The notes under the pieces were generated by a model. That model had not been told where the DNA came from, did not search any database, and saw only the letters and a list, made by a program, of their open reading frames with translations. Shown here piece by piece: positions 36,408 to 45,579 of a stretch of DNA of 49,413 bases. Numbering within the stretch: position 1 is the stretch's first letter; each line of letters begins with the position of its first letter. A program made the translations under genes and the position numbers. Source of the stretch: Pseudomonadota bacterium (GTDB taxonomy: Bacteria > Desulfobacterota > Anaeroferrophillalia > Anaeroferrophillales > Tharpellaceae); contig DAOWHJ010000159.1 in NCBI GenBank assembly GCA_030641485.1, forward strand, positions 1-49,413. Reading direction: 5' to 3'.

Positions 36408-38075
36408 ATGAACTCAAGCAGCCACCACAGACCACTAAAAAACCTTCTGGCGTTTCGCCTGTTCTTGGTCACACTTCTGCTCGGGGCACTAATTCTTCTT
36501 GAGTTCATCTGGCCCCATGAGCAGCCGACCTCGGTCCCAGTCCCACTTTATAGCTTTATAATTTTAACCTACCTGCTTAATATTTTTTATATTATCAGCC
36601 TGCCCAAAGTAGTCAAAGTTGAAAGATTTATCCAACAACAGTTATTGGTTGATGCCACTTTGATCGCTGGCCTTCTCTACCTGACCGGAGGCTTCTACAG
36701 CCTCTTTTTCCCACTTTTTTACTTCATCATTTTAGGCGGAACCCTCTACCTTAAGCGCCAGCACACAATTACCCTGCTTTTCTACTGCACATTCCTCTAC
36801 CTTTTAATAATATTCACCCACATCTTCAATCCTCTACAAAATTTCTTACCTTTGCCTCAACTTGTCAGCAGCAATCGCAGGATCGTCTCTGAACTTTTTT
36901 TCAATTTGACGCCATTTTACTTAACCGCCTTTATTCTGCGCTTTATTGCCAAAGAACGACTCGACACCCGCAAGCGCCTCGTGAAAACGACCCGTGACTT
37001 AAAGCAATCCAAAGACTTAAACAAGCACATCATCGCTTCCATTGATAGCGGCTTGATAACTACCAACCACAAACTTACAATCAACTCAATCAACCTGGCG
37101 GGTTCTGCTATTTTAGGTTTAAGTAAAGATCTGGTCTTTAACTCTGACTTGCAGGAGATCATCCCTAACCTTCAACCGGCAAAAATCAAACAAGGCCGTC
37201 AGCGCCAGGAGATCAGCTATAAAACCCCAGACAACGAACAACTTATTTTAGGCTTTTCCTTTGCCCCCCTGATGAAAAGCCGGGCCCATAACATTGGCTG
37301 GATTCTCATATTTCAAGACCTGACTGAGTTAAAAAAAATTGAGTCAAGGCTACAGGATGCCCGCAAAATGGCAGCCATCGGTCGCCTTTCAGCCGGCATC
37401 GCCCATGAAATCAGAAACCCCCTGGCCTCGATCAGCGGTTCAATCGAGCTTTTAGCCAAAGACCTCTTGCTTGAGGATGAAACCCACCAACGCCTACTCC
37501 AAATTGTTTTAAAAGAGAGCACCAGGCTGGATCATCTTATCAGTGATTTTTTAGGGTTCTCCCGCCTGGATGACAAAGAGCAAACCGACACGGATCTCAT
37601 CTCTCTACTCAAAGATATGGTCTTTCTCTTCCGCTCGCAATGCCCGAACACCAAGTTTTCAGAAGAGTACCATGGCGACAGTTTCATAATCAAAGCCAAT
37701 CCAGAACAAGTCGAACAGATCTTCTGGAACCTTGTGCAGAATTCTCTGGAGGCAATGAATAACCAGGGTGAAATTAAAATTGCAAGCTTCGTTGACAGTC
37801 AATCAGCCCTAGAGAGTGACAAACCTCGCAATGAAGAACGAGAAGAAATCACCATTACCCTCTGTGATGACGGCCCCGGAATTGACGAAAAGATCGCTGA
37901 AGAAATTTTCGAGCCATTTTTCACAACCAAAGCCTCGGGAACCGGGCTTGGTCTCTACATCACATTCCAGCTAACCCAAGTCAACAATGGCCACATCCAT
38001 CTAGAGAAAAGACAAGATAACCAGCCCGGAACCTGTGCCCGGGTCTGCTTCCTAGGAAACCCCAAAAAAGAGTAG
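36408..38075 (+). CDS. pilS: Sensor histidine kinase PilS-type (polytopic N-terminus, PAS-like, HisKA, HATPase_c)
   Basis: 555 aa with 5-6 N-terminal TM segments. H-box is [13 protein letters not shown]-box is [10 protein letters not shown], and the G-boxes are DDGPGI and GTGLGL. It lies upstream of pilR. Confidence 0.75.
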   Translation: MNSSSHHRPLKNLLAFRLFLVTLLLGALILLEFIWPHEQPTSVPVPLYSFIILTYLLNIFYIISLPKVVKVERFIQQQLLVDATLIAGLLYLTGGFYSLFFPLFYFIILGGTLYLKRQHTITLLFYCTFLYLLIIFTHIFNPLQNFLPLPQLVSSNRRIVSELFFNLTPFYLTAFILRFIAKERLDTRKRLVKTTRDLKQSKDLNKHIIASIDSGLITTNHKLTINSINLAGSAILGLSKDLVFNSDLQEIIPNLQPAKIKQGRQRQEISYKTPDNEQLILGFSFAPLMKSRAHNIGWILIFQDLTELKKIESRLQDARKMAAIGRLSAGIAHEIRNPLASISGSIELLAKDLLLEDETHQRLLQIVLKESTRLDHLISDFLGFSRLDDKEQTDTDLISLLKDMVFLFRSQCPNTKFSEEYHGDSFIIKANPEQVEQIFWNLVQNSLEAMNNQGEIKIASFVDSQSALESDKPRNEEREEITITLCDDGPGIDEKIAEEIFEPFFTTKASGTGLGLYITFQLTQVNNGHIHLEKRQDNQPGTCARVCFLGNPKKE

Positions 38076-38107
38076 GCACTAACCCATCAAACAATGGAAC
38101 TGAAAAC

Positions 38108-39502
38108 ATGACAATTGCGCCTCCTGACAATGACAAACTCCACATCATGGTCGTCGATGATGAACAGAGTATGTGTGAGTTTTTAGAAATCATCCTGCTC
38201 CGTAACGATTATCGGGTAAGCTGCTTTACTGATGCCTTTGCCGCAGTGAGCAGCCTTGAAACAAACAGTTACGACCTTGTTATCAGCGACCTTAAAATGC
38301 CGACGATGAGCGGCCTTGAAATGTTGCGCACGGTCAAGAAAAAAAGCCCGACTACAGAAACCATCATGATCACTGCATTTGCTTCAACCACCTCAGTAAT
38401 TGAAGCGATGAAAAATGGGGCTTTTGATTATATCAACAAGCCATTCAAAGTTGACGAAATTCTTTTAACAATTGAAAAAGCCCTTAAGAACTCACAACTG
38501 CAACGTGAGAATGTGCGACTCCGGCAGGAACTTGAAAAACGCTTTGGATTTGACAATCTGATCGGAAAAAGCCCACCGATGATGGCAATCTACGAGATCA
38601 TAAAACAGGTTGCGCCGACCAACACTAACGTCCTAATCTGCGGTGAATCCGGTACCGGCAAAGAAGTAGTCGCCCGGGCGATTCACTTCTCTGGCCCAAG
38701 CCGAGAACGCCCTTTTGTCGCAGTCAACTGTGCGGCTATCCCGGAGCACCTCATCGAAAGTGAACTCTTTGGGCACACCAAAGGAGCCTTTACCGGTGCC
38801 GTCAACAATACTGAAGGCTATCTTAGTGTCGCTGACGGCGGCACCCTGTTCCTAGATGAAATTGGCGAGATACCGCCCGCTCTACAGGTTAAAGTTTTGC
38901 GGGTAATTCAGGAAAAATGCTTTCAAAAGGTTGGCAGCACGAAAGAGATCAGTATTGATTTGCAATTTATTGCGGCAACCAACCGCGACCTTAAAGCTGC
39001 GGTTGAGAGTGGAGAATTCCGCCAGGACCTATTCTACCGACTCAATGTCATCCACATTGACCTGCCCCCATTGCGCCAGCGACCGGAAGATATCCCCCTA
39101 TTGCTCAAGCATTTTCTCCATAAATATACCAAGGAATATAAACGTGACCTCGTCGGTTTCAGCCCGGAGGCGACCAAGGCTTTGATGGACTACGACTACC
39201 CCGGCAACATCCGTGAGCTCGAAAACATTGTTGAGCGTGGTATCGTTCTTGAAACTGATGAAAAAGTTATCTCGGCCGCAACCCTGCCACCAATTTTACG
39301 TAAGGAGGCAGAAAATACCACGACCACCTCCACCCTGCCTGAAGGTGGACTCGACCTCGAAGATGTTGTAGCCCAACTGGAAACCGACCTCATCGAGCAA
39401 GCCTTAAAAAAGTGTCTCGGTAACAAGACCAAAGCGGCCAAACTCTTAGGCTTGAGTTTTCGCTCTTTGCGCTACCGCCTTGACAAATATGGATTAAAGT
39501 AA
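38108..39502 (+). CDS. pilR: Sigma-54-dependent response regulator PilR (REC, AAA+ EBP, Fis-type HTH)
   Basis: 464 aa. It has REC (VVDDEQSM...ISDLKMP), Walker A GESGTGKE, the GAFTGA sigma-54 contact loop, and a C-terminal HTH (KTKAAKLLGLSFRSLRYRL). Confidence 0.85.
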   Translation: MTIAPPDNDKLHIMVVDDEQSMCEFLEIILLRNDYRVSCFTDAFAAVSSLETNSYDLVISDLKMPTMSGLEMLRTVKKKSPTTETIMITAFASTTSVIEAMKNGAFDYINKPFKVDEILLTIEKALKNSQLQRENVRLRQELEKRFGFDNLIGKSPPMMAIYEIIKQVAPTNTNVLICGESGTGKEVVARAIHFSGPSRERPFVAVNCAAIPEHLIESELFGHTKGAFTGAVNNTEGYLSVADGGTLFLDEIGEIPPALQVKVLRVIQEKCFQKVGSTKEISIDLQFIAATNRDLKAAVESGEFRQDLFYRLNVIHIDLPPLRQRPEDIPLLLKHFLHKYTKEYKRDLVGFSPEATKALMDYDYPGNIRELENIVERGIVLETDEKVISAATLPPILRKEAENTTTTSTLPEGGLDLEDVVAQLETDLIEQALKKCLGNKTKAAKLLGLSFRSLRYRLDKYGLK

Positions 39503-39517
39503 AAATAAGGGTTTAGG

Positions 39518-41959
39518 ATGAGTGTTAGTCAGTTAGAAAAACTGTTTAATCCCCATGTTATTGCGATTGCAGGGAGCACCGCTGGCGCAAGGACGGCAGC
39601 TGACATCAAGTTAAATGACCTGCTCACAAACCTCCACAATACGGCCTTGCCGCGAACCGTATATGTGGTCGGAATAAAACCTGACGACTCACATAATGGT
39701 TTCATTCACAAGGAGTCATTAACTGCGATCCGTGAAGATATTGACCTACTTTTTCTGACCTGCCCCCTAGACGAACTAACCACATTTTTCACGAAACCAA
39801 TTCTGCAAAAAACTGCCACTATTGCAATCAATAAAAATATCACATCAAGCCATGACCGCCAGATTCTTGATCAAATCAGAGTCGCTGCACAACAGGAAAA
39901 TACCCGCATCATCGGCGTCAACTCCAGCGGCATCTTGCGGCCGCCAATTCAACTTAACCTCTCCACCCACCCGCAACTGCCAAGAGCTGGCAAGATCGCC
40001 TTCTTCTCTCAAAGTGGAGCAATTTTTGGCACAATTTTAGATCAGGCCAAAGAACTTGATATTGGCTTTAGTCACATAGCCAGTATCGGCTCACTGGTTG
40101 ATATTGACTTTGGAGACCTCATAGATTTTGTTGGCAACGACCCAGAGGTTGAAGCAATTTTACTCTACCTCGAAAACATTCGTAATGTAAAAAAATTCAT
40201 CAGCGCCTGCCGTTCAGTCTCACGGATAAAACCGATAATCGCCATCAAAAGTGGTCGACACCCCAGAATCCATGAGGTCATGCAACGCCGGGTTTTCGCG
40301 AGTATAGGAGCCGGGCCAGTATACGACAGCGCCTTCAGGCGGGCCGGAATTATCTCCGTCAACAATTTCAAGGAGCTGCTTTTAGCTGGACGCTCACTTT
40401 CACGTCGAAACATCCCGACCGGTGACCGACTTGGAATAATCACCAACTCCGGTGGCCTCGCTATATTTACTGTCGACAACCTGCTTTTCAACCAGATCGA
40501 ACCTACCCCGTTATCTAAGAAATTAATCGCTGATCTGCGCCAGATCATACCACACAAACTGATTCAAAACCCAATTGATGTCGGGGGCACAAGTGACACC
40601 GAAACCTTCTCAACTGTCATCAAAGCCTGCTTAATGAGTCATGAGTTTGATGCCCTTATCATCCTTGCAGCAGCCCATCAAACCATGAATCCACACAAAC
40701 TCATCACCATGGTCCAAAAAGATTTAGAATCCAGCTACTGTGCTGTAACCTACACCTGGATTAATGCCAAACCCAAGGACCGCCGAATTGCCATACCCTT
40801 GGCCCACAAGGGAGTATACGTCTACTTCAGCGTCCCCGCCGCATTAAATGCCTACCTCTACAGCAGACGCTACCGCCATAAACTAAACCAACTGACCGCC
40901 CTAACCCCACGCTTCCATCAAGATTACAAAATCAAACATTTCAACGCAAAAAACTTTCTCAACCCCTACTTTAAAGCGGAGACCACACAACTACCACCTG
41001 AAGCCACCTTAAAACTACTTCAGGCTTACGGGCTCAACCCGATAACCGGTAATATTCAGTCTGCAGACAAAAAACTCTCACTTAAGATCGGAACCGCTAC
41101 CGACATCGAATTTGGCCCATACATCTTTTTAGGTTTAGATGGAGTGGCTGCCGAAATCGAGCCGACTCTTTCAATCATGCTCCCCCCTCTAAACCAATTT
41201 TTGGCCCAGGTTATGATCTCACGCTCACCTGTCGCCAGAGCCCTTAAACAACGTAGCCTTAAATTAAATGAAAACTTAGCAATAACCCTGTTGCGCCTGG
41301 CAACAATCATCACTGATAGCTCGGATATAGAGGGCATGAAACTCTTTTTACATGAAGGTAAAGACGAAAAGTTTGACCTTAAGGCGGGACCCATCCAAAT
41401 CAGAAAAAGCAGTATCTCTCCGCCCGGACATTTGGTCATTGCCCCCTATCCAGATGAGTATGAATTTCACGACCGCTTAAAAGATGGTCGTGAAATTCTA
41501 GTTCGACCAATTCGTCCCGAAGACGAAGATTTGCACCATGAACTCTTTAAGTCGCTCTCACGCCAGACCAATTATTTCCGTTTCTTCAGCTTTCGTCGAA
41601 ACTTAACCCACGAGCAGGCAGCTCGGTTCACCCAGATCGACTACGACCGGGAGATGGCAATTATTGCCCTGATAAATGACAACCACAAAGAACGCTCCAT
41701 TGGCGTTAACCGGTTCACCTACCAGGCCCGGCGTGACCAGTATGAATTTGCCATCGTTGTTGCGGATGAGTTTCAAGGGACCAGTGCCGGTGCCATCCTG
41801 ATGAAACGCCTGCTGGAAATTGCCCGTGACCGTAACATTAAGCAACTCACCGGAATTGTTCTGGCAGAAAACTTGAAAATGATCAACTTCTGTCGGGCGT
41901 TCGGCTTCGAAATCGTCAGCCAAGAGGGTAACAGTATCACCTTTTGTCTCGATCTTTAA
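39518..41959 (+). CDS. Pat-like protein: ADP-forming acetyl-CoA synthetase-like region fused to a C-terminal GNAT acetyltransferase
   Basis: 813 aa. It has an N-terminal CoA-binding / succinyl-CoA-ligase-like flavodoxin region (FNPHVIAIAGS; FFSQSGA; IASIGSLVDIDFGDLIDF), an ATP-grasp-like middle and a GNAT end (FAIVVADEFQGTSAGAILMKRLLEIA). Confidence 0.8.
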   Translation: MSVSQLEKLFNPHVIAIAGSTAGARTAADIKLNDLLTNLHNTALPRTVYVVGIKPDDSHNGFIHKESLTAIREDIDLLFLTCPLDELTTFFTKPILQKTATIAINKNITSSHDRQILDQIRVAAQQENTRIIGVNSSGILRPPIQLNLSTHPQLPRAGKIAFFSQSGAIFGTILDQAKELDIGFSHIASIGSLVDIDFGDLIDFVGNDPEVEAILLYLENIRNVKKFISACRSVSRIKPIIAIKSGRHPRIHEVMQRRVFASIGAGPVYDSAFRRAGIISVNNFKELLLAGRSLSRRNIPTGDRLGIITNSGGLAIFTVDNLLFNQIEPTPLSKKLIADLRQIIPHKLIQNPIDVGGTSDTETFSTVIKACLMSHEFDALIILAAAHQTMNPHKLITMVQKDLESSYCAVTYTWINAKPKDRRIAIPLAHKGVYVYFSVPAALNAYLYSRRYRHKLNQLTALTPRFHQDYKIKHFNAKNFLNPYFKAETTQLPPEATLKLLQAYGLNPITGNIQSADKKLSLKIGTATDIEFGPYIFLGLDGVAAEIEPTLSIMLPPLNQFLAQVMISRSPVARALKQRSLKLNENLAITLLRLATIITDSSDIEGMKLFLHEGKDEKFDLKAGPIQIRKSSISPPGHLVIAPYPDEYEFHDRLKDGREILVRPIRPEDEDLHHELFKSLSRQTNYFRFFSFRRNLTHEQAARFTQIDYDREMAIIALINDNHKERSIGVNRFTYQARRDQYEFAIVVADEFQGTSAGAILMKRLLEIARDRNIKQLTGIVLAENLKMINFCRAFGFEIVSQEGNSITFCLDL

Positions 41960-42059
41960 ACCTAAATACTCAAGTTTTCACTATAAAGCTGCAGTAAAAG
42001 CATCGCACGCCGCTTCTCTCTCCATAACCGGAGAGTAACTGTCAAACGTCACATAGATA

Positions 42060-43220
42060 CTAACGAGTCAACCGGGACAAGTTTTTAAACCAATTGCCAA
42101 TGGCGAATGTAACGACAACCTCACGCTGCTTCAGGCTTAGCAAAAAGGCTCCAAGACTCAAAAATAGAATATTCGGTAAACAGAAAAAGAGGAGCCCTAA
42201 ACCAGGTTGCCATTCAGCCAAATACTCTGCGACTAAAGCCGTAAGATAATAACCCAAGATCACAACAAGCCCAAAAACAAACCCTCGGGAACGAGCGCCG
42301 CTACGTACTGGCACCAAGGCCAACGCTAAACCTAACAGGGCAAAAACCAAACAGGAAAAAGGTTTTGTAAAACGCTCATAGAGGGTCGCCTGAGCCCGCA
42401 GGGGATCACCACCGTCCCGCTTACGTTGCGCAATTTTTTGTAACAAATCAGAATTTGACATGGCCTTATTCTTAAGCTTTACATGACCCTTTTCACCCAG
42501 CAAAGTCGAAATATCAAAATTAATTCTATATTGAGAAAAATCGGTCACCCGATAACTCTCTGCCAGCGCATCATACTCATGAATCGTGCCATCTTTAAGC
42601 TCCAGCAACAAGCTTGAAGTGGTGCGGTCACCAACCAACAGACCCTCGATGGCGGTAACCGTCTGAGGATTGTTACCGCGGCGATCATCCTCAATAAACA
42701 CCTCCTTTACCCGACCACTTTCACGGTCAATTTCACCCATATAGATCGCCATTCCGGGAAAGGAGAGGTTAAGCGACTGTGAACGCAAAGCCAAGGTCAC
42801 CTTCTCCTGCAAAATTTCAAAGGTCACCTGGCGCACCTGACGCATCCCTAATGGAGCCAGCCAGGCACTCACGAAAATAGTAATTATGGTCACAATAGTA
42901 CCAAGCTGCAATACCGGCTTAAGCAGGTTGTATGGCGAAACCCCAGCGGCATTTAAGGCAACAATTTCGCCATCGCCAACTAAACGCCCAAGACCTGCCA
43001 ATACGGCAAAGAGAAACGATATCGGCAGAGCCATAGTCAGAATTTGCGGAATCATGGATGCAACCAAACGCACAACATCCCAAAGTTGAACCCCTTCGGA
43101 AACCACCATGTTGGCAATCTTAAAAAACTGACCCAACAAAAAAATAAAGACCAAAACCAACAAGGCATAGCCAAACGGCAGGACAATCTCTCGGAGCAGA
43201 TAACGATTAATAATAGACAT
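42060..43220 (-). CDS. LPS export ABC transporter permease, LptF/LptG (YjgP/YjgQ) family
   Basis: 386 aa. It has the N-terminal INRYLLREI motif, six TM segments and a central periplasmic beta-jellyroll region. I cannot tell LptF from LptG by eye. Confidence 0.75.
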   Translation of the reverse strand: MSIINRYLLREIVLPFGYALLVLVFIFLLGQFFKIANMVVSEGVQLWDVVRLVASMIPQILTMALPISFLFAVLAGLGRLVGDGEIVALNAAGVSPYNLLKPVLQLGTIVTIITIFVSAWLAPLGMRQVRQVTFEILQEKVTLALRSQSLNLSFPGMAIYMGEIDRESGRVKEVFIEDDRRGNNPQTVTAIEGLLVGDRTTSSLLLELKDGTIHEYDALAESYRVTDFSQYRINFDISTLLGEKGHVKLKNKAMSNSDLLQKIAQRKRDGGDPLRAQATLYERFTKPFSCLVFALLGLALALVPVRSGARSRGFVFGLVVILGYYLTALVAEYLAEWQPGLGLLFFCLPNILFLSLGAFLLSLKQREVVVTFAIGNWFKNLSRLTR

Positions 43221-43225
43221 AAGAT

Positions 43226-43924
43226 TTACAACTCACCTAACTCTTTCAGGCTGACAACCTGTGATTCAGCAATAATCAAATGGTCTAAAAGGCGTACACC
43301 TAAAGTTAAGGCGGCATTTTTCAACTCCTGGGTTATCCTCAGATCGTCAAGCGATGGCGTCAGGCTGCCGCCGGGATGGTTATGGGCAACCAATATAGCT
43401 GCTGCCCGATATTTGAGAGCTCTACTTAAAACCTCACGCGGATAGACGACACTCATATCCACAGTGCCTCGATGAATTACCTCACTCTTAATCAGGCGAT
43501 GACGATTATCTAAAAAAAGAACTAAAAACTGCTCTTCAGGCAGACCCTCGAGACGAGCTCGACAGAGGCTTGCAATCTGCTCTGGGGAAGTTACCGACTG
43601 CCGCTTAAGTTCAGGGGCTTCTAGGTAAAGAACCAGAATTTCACGACACAGTTTAAGTAAAAGGGCGCTATGTAACCCGACCCCGGAGACTTCACGCAAT
43701 CTCTCTAAAGGAGCATCGATAACTTTTTTCAGGGTCTCAAAATTGCGCAACAACTCCTTCGCCACCGGTTTAACATCACGCCTTGGGATTGCATAACTCA
43801 AAAGTAATTCAAGAACCTCATAATCATGCAGGCCATCCAGGCCCTGATCGGCAAAACGCTTTTTCAAGCGCTCTCTATGACCCTGATGGTCAGGATTTTT
43901 ATCTTTTTTATTTACCATATCCAT
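43226..43924 (-). CDS. radC: RadC-family JAB/MPN domain protein (UPF0758)
   Basis: 232 aa. It has an N-terminal HhH region (GHRERLKKRF...GLDGLHDYEVLELLL) and the JAMM motif (VAHNHPGGSLTPSLDD). Confidence 0.88.
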   Translation of the reverse strand: MDMVNKKDKNPDHQGHRERLKKRFADQGLDGLHDYEVLELLLSYAIPRRDVKPVAKELLRNFETLKKVIDAPLERLREVSGVGLHSALLLKLCREILVLYLEAPELKRQSVTSPEQIASLCRARLEGLPEEQFLVLFLDNRHRLIKSEVIHRGTVDMSVVYPREVLSRALKYRAAAILVAHNHPGGSLTPSLDDLRITQELKNAALTLGVRLLDHLIIAESQVVSLKELGEL

Positions 43925-44042
43925 GTTTTCACTGGCTGAGATATAATCATGTGACTTTAAACTTGATTTTTTTCACTTTAGTCCATAGATTGTGTGAGTA
44001 TGATTGTAAATATTCAGTTTTAGTTTCAAACTGCCGAAGAAT

Positions 44043-44113
44043 GATGGATACCCCAAGGGCACTTCTTCACTACGTTCAGGGCGCAATCTTTAGCTCTGTC
44101 CCCGTGCGAAGCA
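44043..44113 (-). repeat. Intergenic repeat family, short copy D (radC leader region)
   Basis: GGATACCCCAAGGGCACTTCTTC (44046-44068) matches 45089-45112. CTCTGTCCCCGTGCGAAGCA is related to copies A, C and E. Confidence 0.7.
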
Positions 44114-44141
44114 GGGCGAAGCAAAGTTCGCCTATTTTTTT

Positions 44142-44157
44142 TGCAACTTAAGCGCCA
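44142..44157 (-). promoter_or_regulatory. Candidate sigma-54 (-24/-12) promoter facing radC
   Basis: The reverse complement reads TGGCGC-TTAAG-TTGCA. The 27-nt block 44142-44168 is identical to 19152-19178. It is followed at the same 10-nt spacing by GCGAACTTTGCTT, the first arm of the hairpin GGCGAA/TTCGCC at 44115-44132. Confidence 0.45.
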
Positions 44158-44243
44158 ATCACAACAAAGCCGAATATTTACGTAAGATTTATTTCAACAA
44201 AAATAAAACTACCACATAACCAAACAATAAAGGAACTTCAACT

Positions 44244-45026
44244 ATGAAAATTGCAATTTCGGGCAAAGGCGGAGTGGGCAAAACCACTCTGGCCGGAACC
44301 CTAGCCCGAGTCATAGCCGCCACTGAACATAAAGTCCTAGCGATCGATGCTGACCCTGATGCCAATTTAGGCTCAGCCTTAGGTTTCCATCTTGATGAGG
44401 TTGAAAAAGTCACTCCAATTGCGGAGATGACTGATCTCATACAGGAACGTACGGGCTCACAAAAAGGCTCCTACGGTGGAACCTTCAAACTCAATCCTAA
44501 AGTTGATGATATCCCCGAACGTTTCAGCTTGACCCGCGAAAATTTAAAACTTCTAGTGTTGGGCACAATCCCGGAAGGTGGTGGCGGCTGCTACTGCCCA
44601 GAGGGTGTAATCCTAAAGTTCCTTCTGCGCCACATCCTGTTGCAACGAGATGAGAGCATCATTCTGGATATGGAGGCCGGCCTTGAACATCTGGGACGTG
44701 GGTCAACCAAAGGAATTGACGCTTTTATCGTTGTCGTTGAACCGGGGTCCCGGAGTTTAAAAACCGCCCGCCAGATCAAAAAACTGGCTACCGATCTGGG
44801 CATCAACCAGGTCTATGTCGTTGGCAACAAAATCAGTGAAGCAAGTGATATTGAGTTTATAAATGACAACCTGGATGGTATCAAAATTTTAGGTTTTCTT
44901 GATTACGACCAAGAGATTGTCACCGCTGACCGCCACGACCAGGCCCCCTTTGAAGTAAACCAGAAACTTGTTGAAAATGTCAAAACAATCTATGAAAACC
45001 TGAAAAAAGAGCTGGTTACTAACTGA
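44244..45026 (+). CDS. CooC/AcsF-like MinD-family P-loop ATPase (nickel-insertion accessory type) with a CXC motif
   Basis: 260 aa. It has the deviant Walker A SGKGGVGKTT, DADPDANL, and GGGGCYCPEG (the Cys-X-Cys metal site of CooC-type proteins). Confidence 0.7.
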   Translation: MKIAISGKGGVGKTTLAGTLARVIAATEHKVLAIDADPDANLGSALGFHLDEVEKVTPIAEMTDLIQERTGSQKGSYGGTFKLNPKVDDIPERFSLTRENLKLLVLGTIPEGGGGCYCPEGVILKFLLRHILLQRDESIILDMEAGLEHLGRGSTKGIDAFIVVVEPGSRSLKTARQIKKLATDLGINQVYVVGNKISEASDIEFINDNLDGIKILGFLDYDQEIVTADRHDQAPFEVNQKLVENVKTIYENLKKELVTN

Positions 45027-45057
45027 TAAAAATATCCACCATAAAACCATAACAAAT

Positions 45058-45081
45058 GACGGCGAACGTTGCTTCGCCGTC
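45058..45081. terminator. 9-bp GC-rich hairpin GACGGCGAA-CGTTGC-TTCGCCGTC between convergent transcription units; overlaps a second palindrome CCGTCTTAAGACGG (45077-45090)
   Basis: The perfect stem lies 31 nt after the CooC-like stop. On the minus strand it is followed by ATTTGTTATGGTTTTAT. Confidence 0.5.
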
Positions 45082-45083
45082 TT

Positions 45084-45294
45084 AAGACGGATACCCCAAG
45101 GGGCACTTCTTCTCGAAGTTTATACCCTTCATGGTGCTCAGGCGCAGGCTCCGCCCGGCTCGCTTTCAGCCCTGCTTGGAGCAATGCCCCCAGACAATTT
45201 GAAGACATAACCTGAATAGAGTAAATTATTGGATTTCGCATCACTTGTGCCATGGTCACTAGAGAAAAAGTCCCTCTGGAGTGCTTCGCACGGG
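45084..45294 (-). repeat. Intergenic repeat family, long copy C
   Basis: Bases 45114-45145 are 31/32 identical to the reverse complement of 6879-6910. Bases 45089-45112 match 44046-44068. GTGCTTCGCACGGG (45281-45294) is related to 44101-44114. Confidence 0.8.
45238..45252 (-). promoter_or_regulatory. Weaker candidate sigma-54 promoter inside repeat copy C
   Basis: The reverse complement reads TGGCAC-AAGTG-ATGC with correct GG-N10-GC spacing. It points toward the hairpin at 45058-45081. Confidence 0.3.
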
Positions 45295-45316
45295 TATCAA
45301 ATACTTACTCTGCTAC

Positions 45317-45574
45317 TTACCTAGAAGACTTCTCCTGTTGACATTTTTGGCTACAAAAAAACTGGTCGGAATTACGCCATCCCCCAGGCAAAGCTTCATT
45401 CTCAGAGACATAGAGACCACATCTTAGGCACTTCACCATTTTTTTTCCTTTCGCGGCATGGGTGCCACTGACACCATTGCGACTGTGTGCACCAACATCA
45501 GGGGTCGCTGGCCGTCCCCGAAACAGACGAAAAAAAAGATAACCTAACCCTATCCATAATATAAATCTAAACAC
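45317..45574 (-). CDS. Small membrane-anchored zinc-ribbon protein (PP0621-family-like)
   Basis: 85 aa. It has an N-terminal TM segment (FILWIGLGYLFFRLF) and a C-terminal CLRCG...FCSQKC cysteine pairs. It lies 5 nt downstream of the YhdP-like gene. The family name is from memory. Confidence 0.5.
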   Translation of the reverse strand: MFRFILWIGLGYLFFRLFRGRPATPDVGAHSRNGVSGTHAAKGKKMVKCLRCGLYVSENEALPGGWRNSDQFFCSQKCQQEKSSR

Positions 45575-45579
45575 TTGAC

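Noticed and set aside
31279-39517. A search for a hidden pilin gene (short ORF with a prepilin leader ...G|FTLIEL...) in all spacers of the pil region.
   Set aside because: None was found in any frame by eye. The absence is reported as a finding rather than as a feature.
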